The position numbers were made by a program, and so were the translations under genes. From contig JAIEPJ010000073.1 of the NCBI GenBank assembly GCA_019749835.1, forward strand, positions 23,660-87,659: a stretch of 64,000 nt of DNA, given 5' to 3'. Positions 1 to 9,344 of the stretch are shown one piece after another. Within the stretch, counting starts at the first letter, position 1, and each line of letters starts with the position of its first letter. The notes under the pieces are model-generated. The model did not search any database. It saw only the letters and a list, made by a program, of their open reading frames with translations, and was not told the origin of the DNA. This DNA comes from Phreatobacter sp. (lineage in GTDB: Bacteria > Pseudomonadota > Alphaproteobacteria > Rhizobiales > Phreatobacteraceae).

Positions 1-333
1 GGGATCGATGAGGAAGCCGCGGGCGTTCAGGTAATATTGCGCCACCAGCAGGATGAAGCCGGAGACCCAGGTGAGGTAGGCGGCCCAGCGGTGCCAGAGC
101 AGGTCCGGCGGCAGGTTGTCAGGCGCCACCAGATATTTCTGCACATGGTAGAAGCCGCCGCCATGGACCTCCCAGGCGACGCCATCCGCCCCCGGTGCGC
201 CCGGCGCCTTGGCCTTGAGGCTGAAGTCGAGAGACATGAAGTAGAAGCTGGTGCCGATCCAGGTGATCCCGGCGGTGATGTGGAACCAGCGGGACAGAAG
301 GTTGAACCAGTCCGTGGCGAGGGCGATGTCCAT
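1..333 (-). CDS. puuD: Urate hydroxylase PuuD (membrane/cytochrome c urate oxidase), 5' part; continues beyond the left edge
   Basis: Not in the ORF track (no stop codon in window). Manual translation from ATG 333: MDIALATDWFNLLSRWFHITAGITWIGTSFYF...WEVHGGGFYHVQKYLVAP...HRWAAYLTWVSGF, typical of the PuuD N-terminal domain; lies downstream of xdhC. Confidence 0.85.
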   Translation of the reverse strand, partial: MDIALATDWFNLLSRWFHITAGITWIGTSFYFMSLDFSLKAKAPGAPGADGVAWEVHGGGFYHVQKYLVAPDNLPPDLLWHRWAAYLTWVSGFILLVAQYYLNARGFLIDP

Positions 334-353
334 GTTGCGTCCGGCTGGCCTCT

Positions 354-1319
354 TCAGGCGCTCTGTCGCCGGTAGGCCGGCTCTGCGTTGATGGTACGGG
401 ACCGCGCCAAGATCAAGCACTCCGCGGCGACGGAAGCCGCGATGACAGCCGGTTCCTTGCCGGCGAGACCGGCGAGGCCGATGGGACAGCGCAGTCGGGC
501 AGCGGCGGCCTCGCCGAGACCGACAGCCTCAAGCTGGCGCAGGAAGCGCGCCCTTTTGGTCGCCGATCCGATGAGGCCCACATGGGCGAAGCGCCCGGAG
601 GCGAGGGCCGCCGCCACGATGGCGAGGTCGAGGGCGTGGCTGTGGGTCATGACGAGGACCTGTGCGCCGTCCGGGACCGCGTCGAGCGCGGTCTCGAAGG
701 GCCCGGATTGCAGGGTGACATTGGAGGGGATGGCTGTGACGAAGGCGCCGGGGCGCCCGTCGTGCCAGGTGACCCGGAAGGGCAGAGGCGCCAGCGCCAG
801 CACCAGCGCCTTGCCGACATGGCCGGCGCCGAACAGGGCGACGGTCGGCAGGCTCTCGCCGAAAGTCTCGATGAAGACGGTCCCGGAAGCGGACATGGCG
901 TCCTCATCGCTAGCGATGAGGACGCGCTGGAGGCGCCCATCGTGCAACAGGGTCCGTGTGCGGAAGGGTCCCGCCCGCTCGACCGCCGCGAGCTCGGCGA
1001 CCATGTCCCGGTCATCCGCTGCAAAACGCTCGATCGCCAGCGTCACGTGGCCGCCGCAGCATTGCCCCAGCGCCGGTCCCAGCGGCTGGTCGAGGATCAG
1101 GGCGGCCGCGTCGCCGCGCACCAGCAAGGCCTGCGCCTTGGCCAGCGCCTGCCATTCGAGCGTGCCGCCGCCGATCGTGCCGTGGAAGGCCCCGTCCGGC
1201 CGGACGATCATCCGCGCGCCCGGCTCGCGCGGCACCGAGCCCCGCGCCGCCAGGACACTGACGAGGGCGCATGCGCCCTCCGTAGCGATGAGCCCTGCGA
1301 TGCGTGACCAGATCTCCAC
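354..1319 (-). CDS. xdhC: Xanthine dehydrogenase accessory protein XdhC
   Basis: GSVPREPGARM, GTIGGGTLE, LGQCCGG, LFGAGHVG, MTHSHALD, IGSATKRARF and CPIG motifs; follows xdhB. Confidence 0.93.
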   Translation of the reverse strand: MEIWSRIAGLIATEGACALVSVLAARGSVPREPGARMIVRPDGAFHGTIGGGTLEWQALAKAQALLVRGDAAALILDQPLGPALGQCCGGHVTLAIERFAADDRDMVAELAAVERAGPFRTRTLLHDGRLQRVLIASDEDAMSASGTVFIETFGESLPTVALFGAGHVGKALVLALAPLPFRVTWHDGRPGAFVTAIPSNVTLQSGPFETALDAVPDGAQVLVMTHSHALDLAIVAAALASGRFAHVGLIGSATKRARFLRQLEAVGLGEAAAARLRCPIGLAGLAGKEPAVIAASVAAECLILARSRTINAEPAYRRQSA

Positions 1320-1322
1320 CGG

Positions 1323-3629
1323 TCACCCCTCCCCGGTCTGCTTGCCGCAGGCGAAGAGGATCGTCTCGGGCGTGGCAGGCGCGTCGAGGGCCACGGCACG
1401 GCCGGGCGCCAGTGCATGGACGGCATCGGCGATGGCGCAGAACACCGAATTGGCCAGCATCAGCGGCGGCTCGCCGATGGCCTTGGACCGGTAGATCGTG
1501 TCCTCCCGGTTGGGATTGTCGAAGAAGGCGACGCGAAAGTCCTCCGGCACGTCGCGGGCCGTGGGGATCTTGTAGGTGGAGGGCGCATGCGTCCGCAGCC
1601 GCCCCCTGGCGTCGAAGACCAGCTCTTCCATGGTGAGCCAGCCCATGCCCTGGACGAAGCCGCCCTCGATCTGGCCGATGTCGATGGCCGGGTTCAGCGA
1701 GCGGCCGGCATCGTGGAGGATATCGACGCGGTCGAGGGTGAATTCCCCGGTCAGGGTGTCGATGGTCACCTCGGAGCAGGAGGCGCCATAGGCGAAATAG
1801 AAGAACGGCCGCCCGGTCGCCTTCGGCCGATCCCAGGTGATCTTCGGCGTGGCATAGAAGCCGGCAGCCGACAGATGGGTCCGGGCGAGATAGGCCTTCT
1901 TCACCACCTCGGCGAAGGACAGGCTCCTCTCTCCCGACCAGACGCGGTCGTCGCGAAAGGCGATGCTCGCCACCGGCACCTGCCAGTCACGGGCGATGAA
2001 CTCGGCGATGCGGCCCTTGATCTCCGCCGCGGCGGCCTTCGCCGCCATGCCGTTCATGTCGGTGCCGGACGAGGCGGCCGTCGGCGAGGTATTCGGGACC
2101 TTGCCGGTATGGGTGGCGGTGATGCGCACCCGGTCGAGGGCGACGCCGAACTCCTCGGCCACCACTTGCGCCACCTTGACGAAGAGCCCCTGCCCCATCT
2201 CGGTGCCGCCATGGTTCAGGTGGATCGAGCCGTCCTGGTAGACATGCACCAGCGCGCCGGCCTGGTTCAGGAAGGTGGTGGTGAAGGAAATGCCGAATTT
2301 CACCGGCGTCAGGGCGATGCCCTTCTTCAGCACGCGCGAGCCGGCATTGAAGGCGGCGATGGCGGCGCGCCTGGCGCGATAGGCGCTCGTCTCCTCAAGC
2401 TGCCGCATCAGCGCCTCGGCGACATTGTCCTCCACCACCATGCCGTAGGGCGTGATGTTCCGCTCATCGGTGCCGTAGAGATTGGCATAGCGCACGTCGA
2501 GCGGGTCGCGGCCCGTCGCCCAGGCGATGCGGTCCATCAGATGCTCGGCGAAGACCATGCCCTGCGGCCCGCCAAAGCCGCGGAATGCCGTGTTGGAGAC
2601 CGTGTGGGTCTTCAGCCGGCGCGAATGGATATGGACCTGCGGATAGAAATAGGCGTTGTCGGCATGGAACATCGTCCGGTCATTGATCGACGACGAAAGG
2701 TCGTGGCTGTAGCCGCAGCGCCCGGCGAAGCGGACCTCGACAGCCTCAACCCGGCCGCCGGGATCATGGGAAGCGCGGTAGGTCACGAGGAAGTCGTGGC
2801 GCTTGCCCGTCATGATGAAGTCGTCGTCGCGGTCGAGGCGGATCTTCGCCGGCCGGCCGGTCACCAGCGCCGCCAGCGCCGCCATCGCCGCCCAGCCGCT
2901 CGCCTGGCTCTCCTTGCCGCCGAAGCCGCCACCCATGCGCCGCACCGCCACCTCGATCGCGGCATCGGCAATGCCGAGGACCCGGGCGACGACGTGCTGC
3001 ACCTCGCTGGGATGCTGGGTCGAGGAATGGATGAGATAGGTGCCGTCCTCCTCGGGGATGACGAGCGCCGCCTGGCCTTCCAGGTAGAAATGTTCCTGCC
3101 CGCCGATCCGCAAGGTCCCGGCGACCGGCGCCGGGCTCGCCGCGATGGCCGCTTCGGGATCGCCGCGCCGGAAGGCATAGGCCGGCATCAGGTCGGCATC
3201 GGCCGCGAGCGCATCGGCAACGTCGACGAGCGGGGTCTCCTCCGATACCTCGATGACCGCAAGGCGCGCCGCCCGCCGGGCCGTGTCGCGGCTCTCGGCC
3301 ACCACGGCGAAGAGCGGCTGCCCGTGGAACGCGATGACGTCGGTGACAAAAAGCGGATCGTCGCCGGCCACCGGGCTGACATCGTTGACCGCGGGAATGT
3401 CGGCGGCGGTGAGCACCGCGACAACGCCGGGCACGGCGCGCAGAGCGGCGAGATCGAGCCGGACCAGACGGCCATGGGCCACCGGCGCGCCGCCCGGCAC
3501 GACATGCAAGGTGCCCTCAGGCTCGCGGATGTCGTCGATATAGGGCGCGGAGCCCGTGACGTGCCGGTCGGCGGCGTCATGGCGGATCGGCTGGTGGACG
3601 TGGCGCAGCGCCTCCCCGTCAGGCCGCAT
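1323..3629 (-). CDS. xdhB: Xanthine dehydrogenase molybdopterin-binding subunit
   Basis: QEHFYLEGQ, GGGFGGKESQ, AFRGFGGPQG, GGTEMGQG, SKAIGEPP; start set at ATG 3629 (GGAGG RBS, overlaps xdhA stop). Confidence 0.95.
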   Translation of the reverse strand: MRPDGEALRHVHQPIRHDAADRHVTGSAPYIDDIREPEGTLHVVPGGAPVAHGRLVRLDLAALRAVPGVVAVLTAADIPAVNDVSPVAGDDPLFVTDVIAFHGQPLFAVVAESRDTARRAARLAVIEVSEETPLVDVADALAADADLMPAYAFRRGDPEAAIAASPAPVAGTLRIGGQEHFYLEGQAALVIPEEDGTYLIHSSTQHPSEVQHVVARVLGIADAAIEVAVRRMGGGFGGKESQASGWAAMAALAALVTGRPAKIRLDRDDDFIMTGKRHDFLVTYRASHDPGGRVEAVEVRFAGRCGYSHDLSSSINDRTMFHADNAYFYPQVHIHSRRLKTHTVSNTAFRGFGGPQGMVFAEHLMDRIAWATGRDPLDVRYANLYGTDERNITPYGMVVEDNVAEALMRQLEETSAYRARRAAIAAFNAGSRVLKKGIALTPVKFGISFTTTFLNQAGALVHVYQDGSIHLNHGGTEMGQGLFVKVAQVVAEEFGVALDRVRITATHTGKVPNTSPTAASSGTDMNGMAAKAAAAEIKGRIAEFIARDWQVPVASIAFRDDRVWSGERSLSFAEVVKKAYLARTHLSAAGFYATPKITWDRPKATGRPFFYFAYGASCSEVTIDTLTGEFTLDRVDILHDAGRSLNPAIDIGQIEGGFVQGMGWLTMEELVFDARGRLRTHAPSTYKIPTARDVPEDFRVAFFDNPNREDTIYRSKAIGEPPLMLANSVFCAIADAVHALAPGRAVALDAPATPETILFACGKQTGEG

Positions 3630-5100
3630 GATGAGCCTCCCGGAGCGGCGCAAGCCGGGTCGACGAACGCTCGCCCGCGGCAACCTCCATCAATCCCTTG
3701 GTGATGAGATTGCCGGCGACCCGCAGTCGGTAGGCTGCCGAGGCGCGGTGATCGTCGAGCGGCGAGAAATCATCCCCGAGGCGCGCCACGGCAGCCGCGA
3801 TCGCAGTGGTATCATCGACGGACGCGCCAGCGAGTGCCGCCTCGACGGCCGCCGCCCTCTTGGGGATGCCGGCCATGCCGCCGAAGGCGATCCGCGCCGC
3901 CGCAATCCGTCGCCCGTCGAGCCGGACCTTCAGCGCCATCATGACAGCGGAAATGTCCTGGTCGTAGCGTTTGGCGATCTTGAAGACGCGCAGATGGTCG
4001 CCCGCCTCGGGTCTCGGCACGGTCACATGGGTCAGGATCTCGCCCGGTGACCGGTCCTGCCGGCCATAGGCGAGGAAGAACTGCTCGAGTGGAAGCTGCC
4101 GCACCGAGCCGCCACGGCGCAGCGTGACCGAGGCCCCGAGCGCGATGAGCAGCGGCGGCATGTCGCCGATCGGCGAGCCGTTCGCCACATTGCCGCCGAT
4201 CGTCCCCGCCGCGCGCACCTGCGCCGAGCCGAGCCGGTCGATGAGCAGGGCGATGTCGGGATCGAGCGCACCGAGGGCGGCCTCCGCCTCGGCATAGGTC
4301 ACGGCGGCGCCGATCGTCAGCGCCGACGCGGTCTCGTCCAGAGCCCGCAAGGCCGCCACGCGGCCGGTATGGACGAGTTTCGGCAGCGTGCGGAGCTGCT
4401 TGGTGATCCAAAGACCCACATCCGTCGCCCCGCCGACAAGGGTTGCGTCGGGATGGCTCTCCATGAGGGCGCCGAGCGAATCGAGCGAAGCCGGCGCCGC
4501 GAAGAAGGCCCTGTCGTCGCCGACGAAAACGTCCGCGGTGTCGGCGAGGCCGGCGAGCATCGCAGCCGATGTTGCGCGGCGGTCGTGATGGCCATCGGCG
4601 GGCGGCGCGGCGCAGGCCGCCAGCGCCGCATCGACGATCGGCCGGTAGCCGGTGCAACGGCACAGGTTGCCGGCGAGCCGCGACAGAACCGCCGCGCGGT
4701 CCGTTGCGCCGCCAGCGGCGTGGTAGAGCGTGAACAGGCTCATCACGAAGCCCGGCGTGCAGAAGCCGCATTGCGAACCGTGATGGTCGACCAGCGCCTG
4801 CTGGACAGGGTGCAGCCGCCCATCCGTCGCCAGATCCTCCACCGTCACCAGTTCGGCGCCGTCGAGCTGGCCGAGCAGCAGGATGCAGGCATTGGCGGGC
4901 TCATAGACCAGGCGCCCGTCCTTCACGCGGCCGAGCGCCACGGTGCAGGCGCCGCAATCGCCCTCGCCGCAGCCTTCCTTGGTGCCGGTCAGCCGGCGGT
5001 CGAGGCGCAGCCAGTCGAGCACGGTGGTCATCGGTGCGAAGCCATCGGCTTCCACCAGGGTCCCGCGATGCAGGAAGCGGATCGGTCGGGTCGTCGTCAT
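3619..5100 (-). CDS. xdhA: Xanthine dehydrogenase small subunit (2x[2Fe-2S] + FAD)
   Basis: GTKEGCGEGDCGACT, SQCGFCTPGF, GNLCRCTGY, GGNVANGSPIGD, KRYDQDIS. Confidence 0.95.
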   Translation of the reverse strand: MTTTRPIRFLHRGTLVEADGFAPMTTVLDWLRLDRRLTGTKEGCGEGDCGACTVALGRVKDGRLVYEPANACILLLGQLDGAELVTVEDLATDGRLHPVQQALVDHHGSQCGFCTPGFVMSLFTLYHAAGGATDRAAVLSRLAGNLCRCTGYRPIVDAALAACAAPPADGHHDRRATSAAMLAGLADTADVFVGDDRAFFAAPASLDSLGALMESHPDATLVGGATDVGLWITKQLRTLPKLVHTGRVAALRALDETASALTIGAAVTYAEAEAALGALDPDIALLIDRLGSAQVRAAGTIGGNVANGSPIGDMPPLLIALGASVTLRRGGSVRQLPLEQFFLAYGRQDRSPGEILTHVTVPRPEAGDHLRVFKIAKRYDQDISAVMMALKVRLDGRRIAAARIAFGGMAGIPKRAAAVEAALAGASVDDTTAIAAAVARLGDDFSPLDDHRASAAYRLRVAGNLITKGLMEVAAGERSSTRLAPLREAHHAA

Positions 5101-5453
5101 GAGCCGCGATAGGTCGTGTAGCCATAGGGGGAGAGAAGCAGCGGCACGTGATAGTGCTGGTCGAGTGCCGTCACGTTGAAACGCAGCGTCACCACGTCGA
5201 GGAAGGGCGGATCGCTGACAGGGACACCGTTGGCGCGGTGATAGGCGGCGACGTCATATTCCAGGCTGTAGGGCCCGCTGCGGATCGTCGCCGGGGTCAA
5301 CAGCGGCACGGGCGCACGCCCGTCGGCATTGGTCCGGCCTTCGGCCATCAACTGCCGCCCCTCCCCCTCGATCGCATAGAGGCGATAGGCGATGCCGGCG
5401 GCTGGCCGGCCTGCCGCCGTGTCGAGAACATGGGTGGAAAGATGCCCGGGCAT
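5097..5453 (-). CDS. uraH: 5-hydroxyisourate hydrolase (transthyretin-like)
   Basis: LSTHVLDT N-terminus, TNADGR, HYHVPLLLSPYGYTTYRGS C-terminal signature; ATG 5453 with GAGGAG RBS. Confidence 0.95.
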   Translation of the reverse strand: MPGHLSTHVLDTAAGRPAAGIAYRLYAIEGEGRQLMAEGRTNADGRAPVPLLTPATIRSGPYSLEYDVAAYHRANGVPVSDPPFLDVVTLRFNVTALDQHYHVPLLLSPYGYTTYRGS

Positions 5454-5471
5454 GCAGGGGCTCCTCTGTCG

Positions 5472-5496
5472 CGGCATTATCGGTCCGACAATGCCG
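5472..5496. promoter_or_regulatory. 25-bp near-perfect palindrome upstream of the uraH-xdh operon (candidate operator or leader hairpin)
   Basis: CGGCATTATCGG-T-CCGACAATGCCG, 11 of 12 pairs, just upstream of the uraH RBS. Confidence 0.4.
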
Positions 5497-5608
5497 GCTT
5501 TGCGCCGCAAAAAGAATAGCTGTCCTGTCGCAGGATGCACGTATTTGTGCGGACGCAGCGTCGCGGGAGAGGCGCCTAGAGTCGGCGCTCCCCCTGCCGA
5601 AATGTCTC

Positions 5609-7312
5609 ATGACGCCCACCGCCTCCCCGCCCGCGTCCTTCCGCGACCTGTTCACCCCGAAACTGGTGACGGTTCTGCGGGAAGGTTATGGATGGAAGGA
5701 CCTGCGCACCGATGCGGTGGCAGGCCTGACCGTCGCCATTGTCGCCCTCCCGCTCTCGATGGCGATCGCCATCGCTTCTGGGGCCACACCCGACAAGGGC
5801 CTGATCACGGCGATCGTCGGTGGCTTCCTGATCTCGGCTCTGGGCGGTTCGCGGTTCCAGATCGGCGGCCCCGCCGGCGCGTTCATCCCGCTGGTCGCCT
5901 CGACGATCGCCATTCACGGCTATGACGGGCTGGTGATCGCGACCTTCATGGCGGGGTTCATGCTGGTCGCCGTCGGGTTCCTGCGGCTCGGAACCTATAT
6001 CAAGTACATCCCCTATCCGGTGACGGTCGGCTTCACCTCCGGCATCGCGGTCATCATCTTCGTGAGCCAGGTCCGCGACCTCCTGGGCCTGCGGCTCGCC
6101 GGGCCTGAACCGGCGGAAATGCTGCACAAGCTGCCGGTGCTGTGGCAGGCGCTGCCGACGCTCAATCCCGTCGCGGTGGTCGTCGCGGCGGCTGCCATCG
6201 GCGGCATTCTGGCGCTCAAGCGCTGGCGCCCCGCCATCCCCGGCATGCTCGTGGCGGTCGTCCTCGGCGGCGCCGCGACAGCGCTCTTCGCGTTGCCCGT
6301 CGAGACGATCGGCTCGCGCTTCGGCACCCTTCCCACCGGCATCGGCTTCAACGGCCTGCCGGGCCTGTCCCTCGCCCGGGTGCGCGAGCTGCTGGTCCCG
6401 GCCATCGCCTTCGCCATGCTCGGGGGCATCGAGTCGCTCCTGTCGGCGGTCGTCGCCGACGGCATGACCGGGCGCCGCCACCGCTCCAATTGCGAACTGG
6501 TGGCTCAGGGCATCGCCAACATCGCCTCGGCCCTGTTCGGCGGCCTGCCGGTGACCGGGACGATCGCCCGCACCGCCACCAATGTGCGCGCCGGCGCGCG
6601 CGGACCGGTCGCCGGCATGTTCCATGCGGTGTTTCTGCTGGTCTTTCTCAGCCTGGCCGGCGGCCTGATGAGCTACGTGCCGCTCGCCGCCCTTGCCGGC
6701 GTCCTCGCCATCGTCGCCTGGAACATGGCCGAGAAGCGCGAATTCGCCGTGCTGCTACGGGCTTCGCCGGGCGACGCGCTCGTGCTTCTCGCTGCCTTCC
6801 TGCTGACCGTCTTCGTCGACCTGACGGCGGGAATCGGGGTCGGCATCGTCCTCGGTTCGCTGCTCTTCATGCACCGGATGGCCGAGGCCATGGCGGTGGA
6901 TAGCAAGGTGCGCCTGCTTGAGGAGGACGTGGCCGACGACGCCGTGCCACGCGCCCCCTATGCGACCGCGCGCGGCACCGACCGCCGCATCGTCACCTAT
7001 CACCTGAACGGTGCGTTCTTCTTCGGCGCGGCGGCGACCGTCGCCTCGGTCTTCGACCGCATCGGCGATCCGCCGGCCATCTTCATCCTCGACATGAGCG
7101 ATGTGCCCTTCCTCGACACCACCGGCGCCAACACGCTGGAGAGCTTCGTCCACAAGCTTGAGCGCGCCGGCACGCGGGTGGTGATCGCCGGGCCTCGCCC
7201 GGCGGCGCAGGCGACCCTCGCCCATTTCGGCATCGCCGAGCCGCGCGTCAGCATCGCGCGGACGCTGGAGGCGGCGACGGCCGCAGCTGAGGCGCGGCTG
7301 GCCTTCACCTGA
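5609..7312 (+). CDS. SulP/SLC26 family anion permease with STAS domain
   Basis: DAVAGLTVAIVALPLSMAIAIASG, QIGGPAGAF, IESLLSAVVAD, TGTIARTATN; C-terminal STAS (FFFGAA, DMSDVPFLDTTG). Confidence 0.92.
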   Translation: MTPTASPPASFRDLFTPKLVTVLREGYGWKDLRTDAVAGLTVAIVALPLSMAIAIASGATPDKGLITAIVGGFLISALGGSRFQIGGPAGAFIPLVASTIAIHGYDGLVIATFMAGFMLVAVGFLRLGTYIKYIPYPVTVGFTSGIAVIIFVSQVRDLLGLRLAGPEPAEMLHKLPVLWQALPTLNPVAVVVAAAAIGGILALKRWRPAIPGMLVAVVLGGAATALFALPVETIGSRFGTLPTGIGFNGLPGLSLARVRELLVPAIAFAMLGGIESLLSAVVADGMTGRRHRSNCELVAQGIANIASALFGGLPVTGTIARTATNVRAGARGPVAGMFHAVFLLVFLSLAGGLMSYVPLAALAGVLAIVAWNMAEKREFAVLLRASPGDALVLLAAFLLTVFVDLTAGIGVGIVLGSLLFMHRMAEAMAVDSKVRLLEEDVADDAVPRAPYATARGTDRRIVTYHLNGAFFFGAAATVASVFDRIGDPPAIFILDMSDVPFLDTTGANTLESFVHKLERAGTRVVIAGPRPAAQATLAHFGIAEPRVSIARTLEAATAAAEARLAFT

Positions 7313-8030
7313 GGGGCGCGCGCAGGGCGAGACCGATCAGGCCGAGATAGGCCGTCGTCACGGCGAGCACGACCGAAACCCAGGGCGGCGGCGCGAGACC
7401 CGCGGCGACGGACAGGCCCGCCGCCAGCATCCACAGCGCGAGGACGGCCAGGGTCACCGGCCGGAAGCGGACGACGCGGAAAGGATGGATGAAGACGAAG
7501 GGGGCGAAGGTCGCGGCGACCAGCCCAGCGATGATTCCGGCATTGGCCAGCGGCGGCAGGCCGAAGACCATGAGGAGGAAAATGGCGACGTTCCATATCG
7601 CCGGAAAGCCGCGGAAACCGCCTTCGGGTGTCTTCATCGCGGTATCGGCGAAATAGAAGGCCGAGGAGACGAGGATCGCCGCAGCGAGCGGCCAGACCAG
7701 CCCCGCTGGCACGAGCCCGGCGACGACGAGCACATGGGCCGGCACCACCACATAGGTCAGATAATCCACGACGAGATCGAGGACCTCGCCGGAATAGCGC
7801 GGCAGGCGCTCGGCGACGCCAACCCGGCGGGCGATGGTGCCGTCGATTCCGTCGACGACGAGGGCGAGGCCAAGCCACAGGAAGACCGCATCGAAACGCC
7901 GGTCCGAGGCCGCCTGCAGCGCGAGGAGGCCGAGCACGGCCCCCGATGCCGTGAACGCATGGACGGCAAAGGCCGCGCCGGCTCCCTTTGCCCCGTTTCC
8001 AACGGCCATCTTCATCCTTTCGTGATCCAT
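7305..8030 (-). CDS. pcs: Phosphatidylcholine synthase (CDP-alcohol phosphatidyltransferase)
   Basis: VHAFTASGA, DGIDGTIAR...DLVVDYLTYV, FRGFPAIWN, FIHPFRVVR; exact start uncertain. Confidence 0.88.
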   Translation of the reverse strand: MDHERMKMAVGNGAKGAGAAFAVHAFTASGAVLGLLALQAASDRRFDAVFLWLGLALVVDGIDGTIARRVGVAERLPRYSGEVLDLVVDYLTYVVVPAHVLVVAGLVPAGLVWPLAAAILVSSAFYFADTAMKTPEGGFRGFPAIWNVAIFLLMVFGLPPLANAGIIAGLVAATFAPFVFIHPFRVVRFRPVTLAVLALWMLAAGLSVAAGLAPPPWVSVVLAVTTAYLGLIGLALRAPLR

Positions 8031-8117
8031 TGCCCCTGCCCCAGCGTCTTGGCCCTTGGGCCGCGCAGCACCAGATGGTAGGAGAGCGGATCGGCACAGT
8101 ATCGGGCGTCAAGACGC

Positions 8118-9341
8118 ATGAGCGAGAGCGCGAAGCATACTCCATTCGACGTCGTCGTGGTCGGAGCAGGCCCCGCGGGACTCTTCGCCGCGCTTGCCCT
8201 CGATGAGGCCGGGTTCCGCATCGCCGTCGTTGGCGCCTTGCCCGGATCGGCGAGCGACCGGCGCACCTCCGCCCTGCTCGACGGGTCGGTCCTGGCCCTG
8301 AAACGCCTTGGCGTCTGGGAGCAGCTTGCGACCCATGCCGCGCCGCTGCGGGTGATGCGGCTGGTCGACGCAACGGGCAGCCTCCTGCGGGCGCCGCTCT
8401 TCGAAGGACGGTCCACCGAGATCGGCCTCGACGCCTTCGGCTACAACATCGCCAATGACGATATCGGCCGGGTTCTGCTCGCCGCAGCCCGCGCACGCGC
8501 CATCACGCTCATCGACGGCCTGGTGACCGGCGTCGACCTCACCGACGGCGCCACCCTCACCCTCGCCTCCGGCGAGATCCTGACAGCCGCCGTCGTCGCC
8601 GGGGCCGACGGGCGCCGGTCGGCGGTCCGCGCCGCGGCCGGCATCGACGTCGTGACGACGCGCTATCCGCAGACGGCGGTGACGGCGACGTTCCGCCACA
8701 GCCGCCCCCATGGCGACGTCTCGACCGAGTTCCATACGCCGACCGGCCCGTTCACCCTGGTTCCGCTGCCGGGCGACCGTTCGAGCCTCGTCTGCGTGGT
8801 AACGCCGCGCGAGGCCGACACGCTCCTCGCCCTCGACGATGCCGCCTTCGCCCGCATGATCGAGAAGCGATCCCAGGCGATCCTCGGCAAGGTCACTGTC
8901 GAACCCGGCCGCGGCCGCTACGATCTCGCCTCGATCACGCCACGCCGCTTCGCCGTGCCCCATGCCGCCCTGGTCGGCGAGGCCGCCCATGTCGTCCCGC
9001 CCATCGGCGCACAGGGCCTGAACCTCGGCCTGCGCGACGGCGCCGCGCTGGCCGAGTGCCTGGCGGAGGCGCGCGCCGCCGGCGAGATGATCGGCGGGCC
9101 GCGGGCCATGGACGCCTATGACCGGGCGCGGCGGGCCGATATCGTCAGCCGCACTTTCGCGATCGACCTCCTCAACCGCTCGTTGCTCTCCCCCTTCATG
9201 CCGGTCCATCTGGCGCGCGGCGCCGGGCTCTGGTTCCTCGACCAGATCGGCCCTCTGCGGCGGGCTTTCATGCGCGAGGGGCTGCAACCGTCTGGCGCGT
9301 CGCCGCGTCTCATGCGGCCTGAGGCCCGCGACGCCGCCTGA
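8118..9341 (+). CDS. UbiH/UbiF/UbiL family FAD-dependent ubiquinone biosynthesis hydroxylase
   Basis: GAGPAG, GADGRRSAVR, LVGEAAHVVPPIGAQGLNLGLRD. Confidence 0.85.
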   Translation: MSESAKHTPFDVVVVGAGPAGLFAALALDEAGFRIAVVGALPGSASDRRTSALLDGSVLALKRLGVWEQLATHAAPLRVMRLVDATGSLLRAPLFEGRSTEIGLDAFGYNIANDDIGRVLLAAARARAITLIDGLVTGVDLTDGATLTLASGEILTAAVVAGADGRRSAVRAAAGIDVVTTRYPQTAVTATFRHSRPHGDVSTEFHTPTGPFTLVPLPGDRSSLVCVVTPREADTLLALDDAAFARMIEKRSQAILGKVTVEPGRGRYDLASITPRRFAVPHAALVGEAAHVVPPIGAQGLNLGLRDGAALAECLAEARAAGEMIGGPRAMDAYDRARRADIVSRTFAIDLLNRSLLSPFMPVHLARGAGLWFLDQIGPLRRAFMREGLQPSGASPRLMRPEARDAA

Positions 9342-9344
9342 GGG

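Noticed and set aside
7305-7312. Short convergent gene overlaps (sulP/pcs, DMT/purK at 45164-45177, yfhO-like/pxpA at 51878-51881)
   Set aside because: Common in compact GC-rich genomes; no sign of special function
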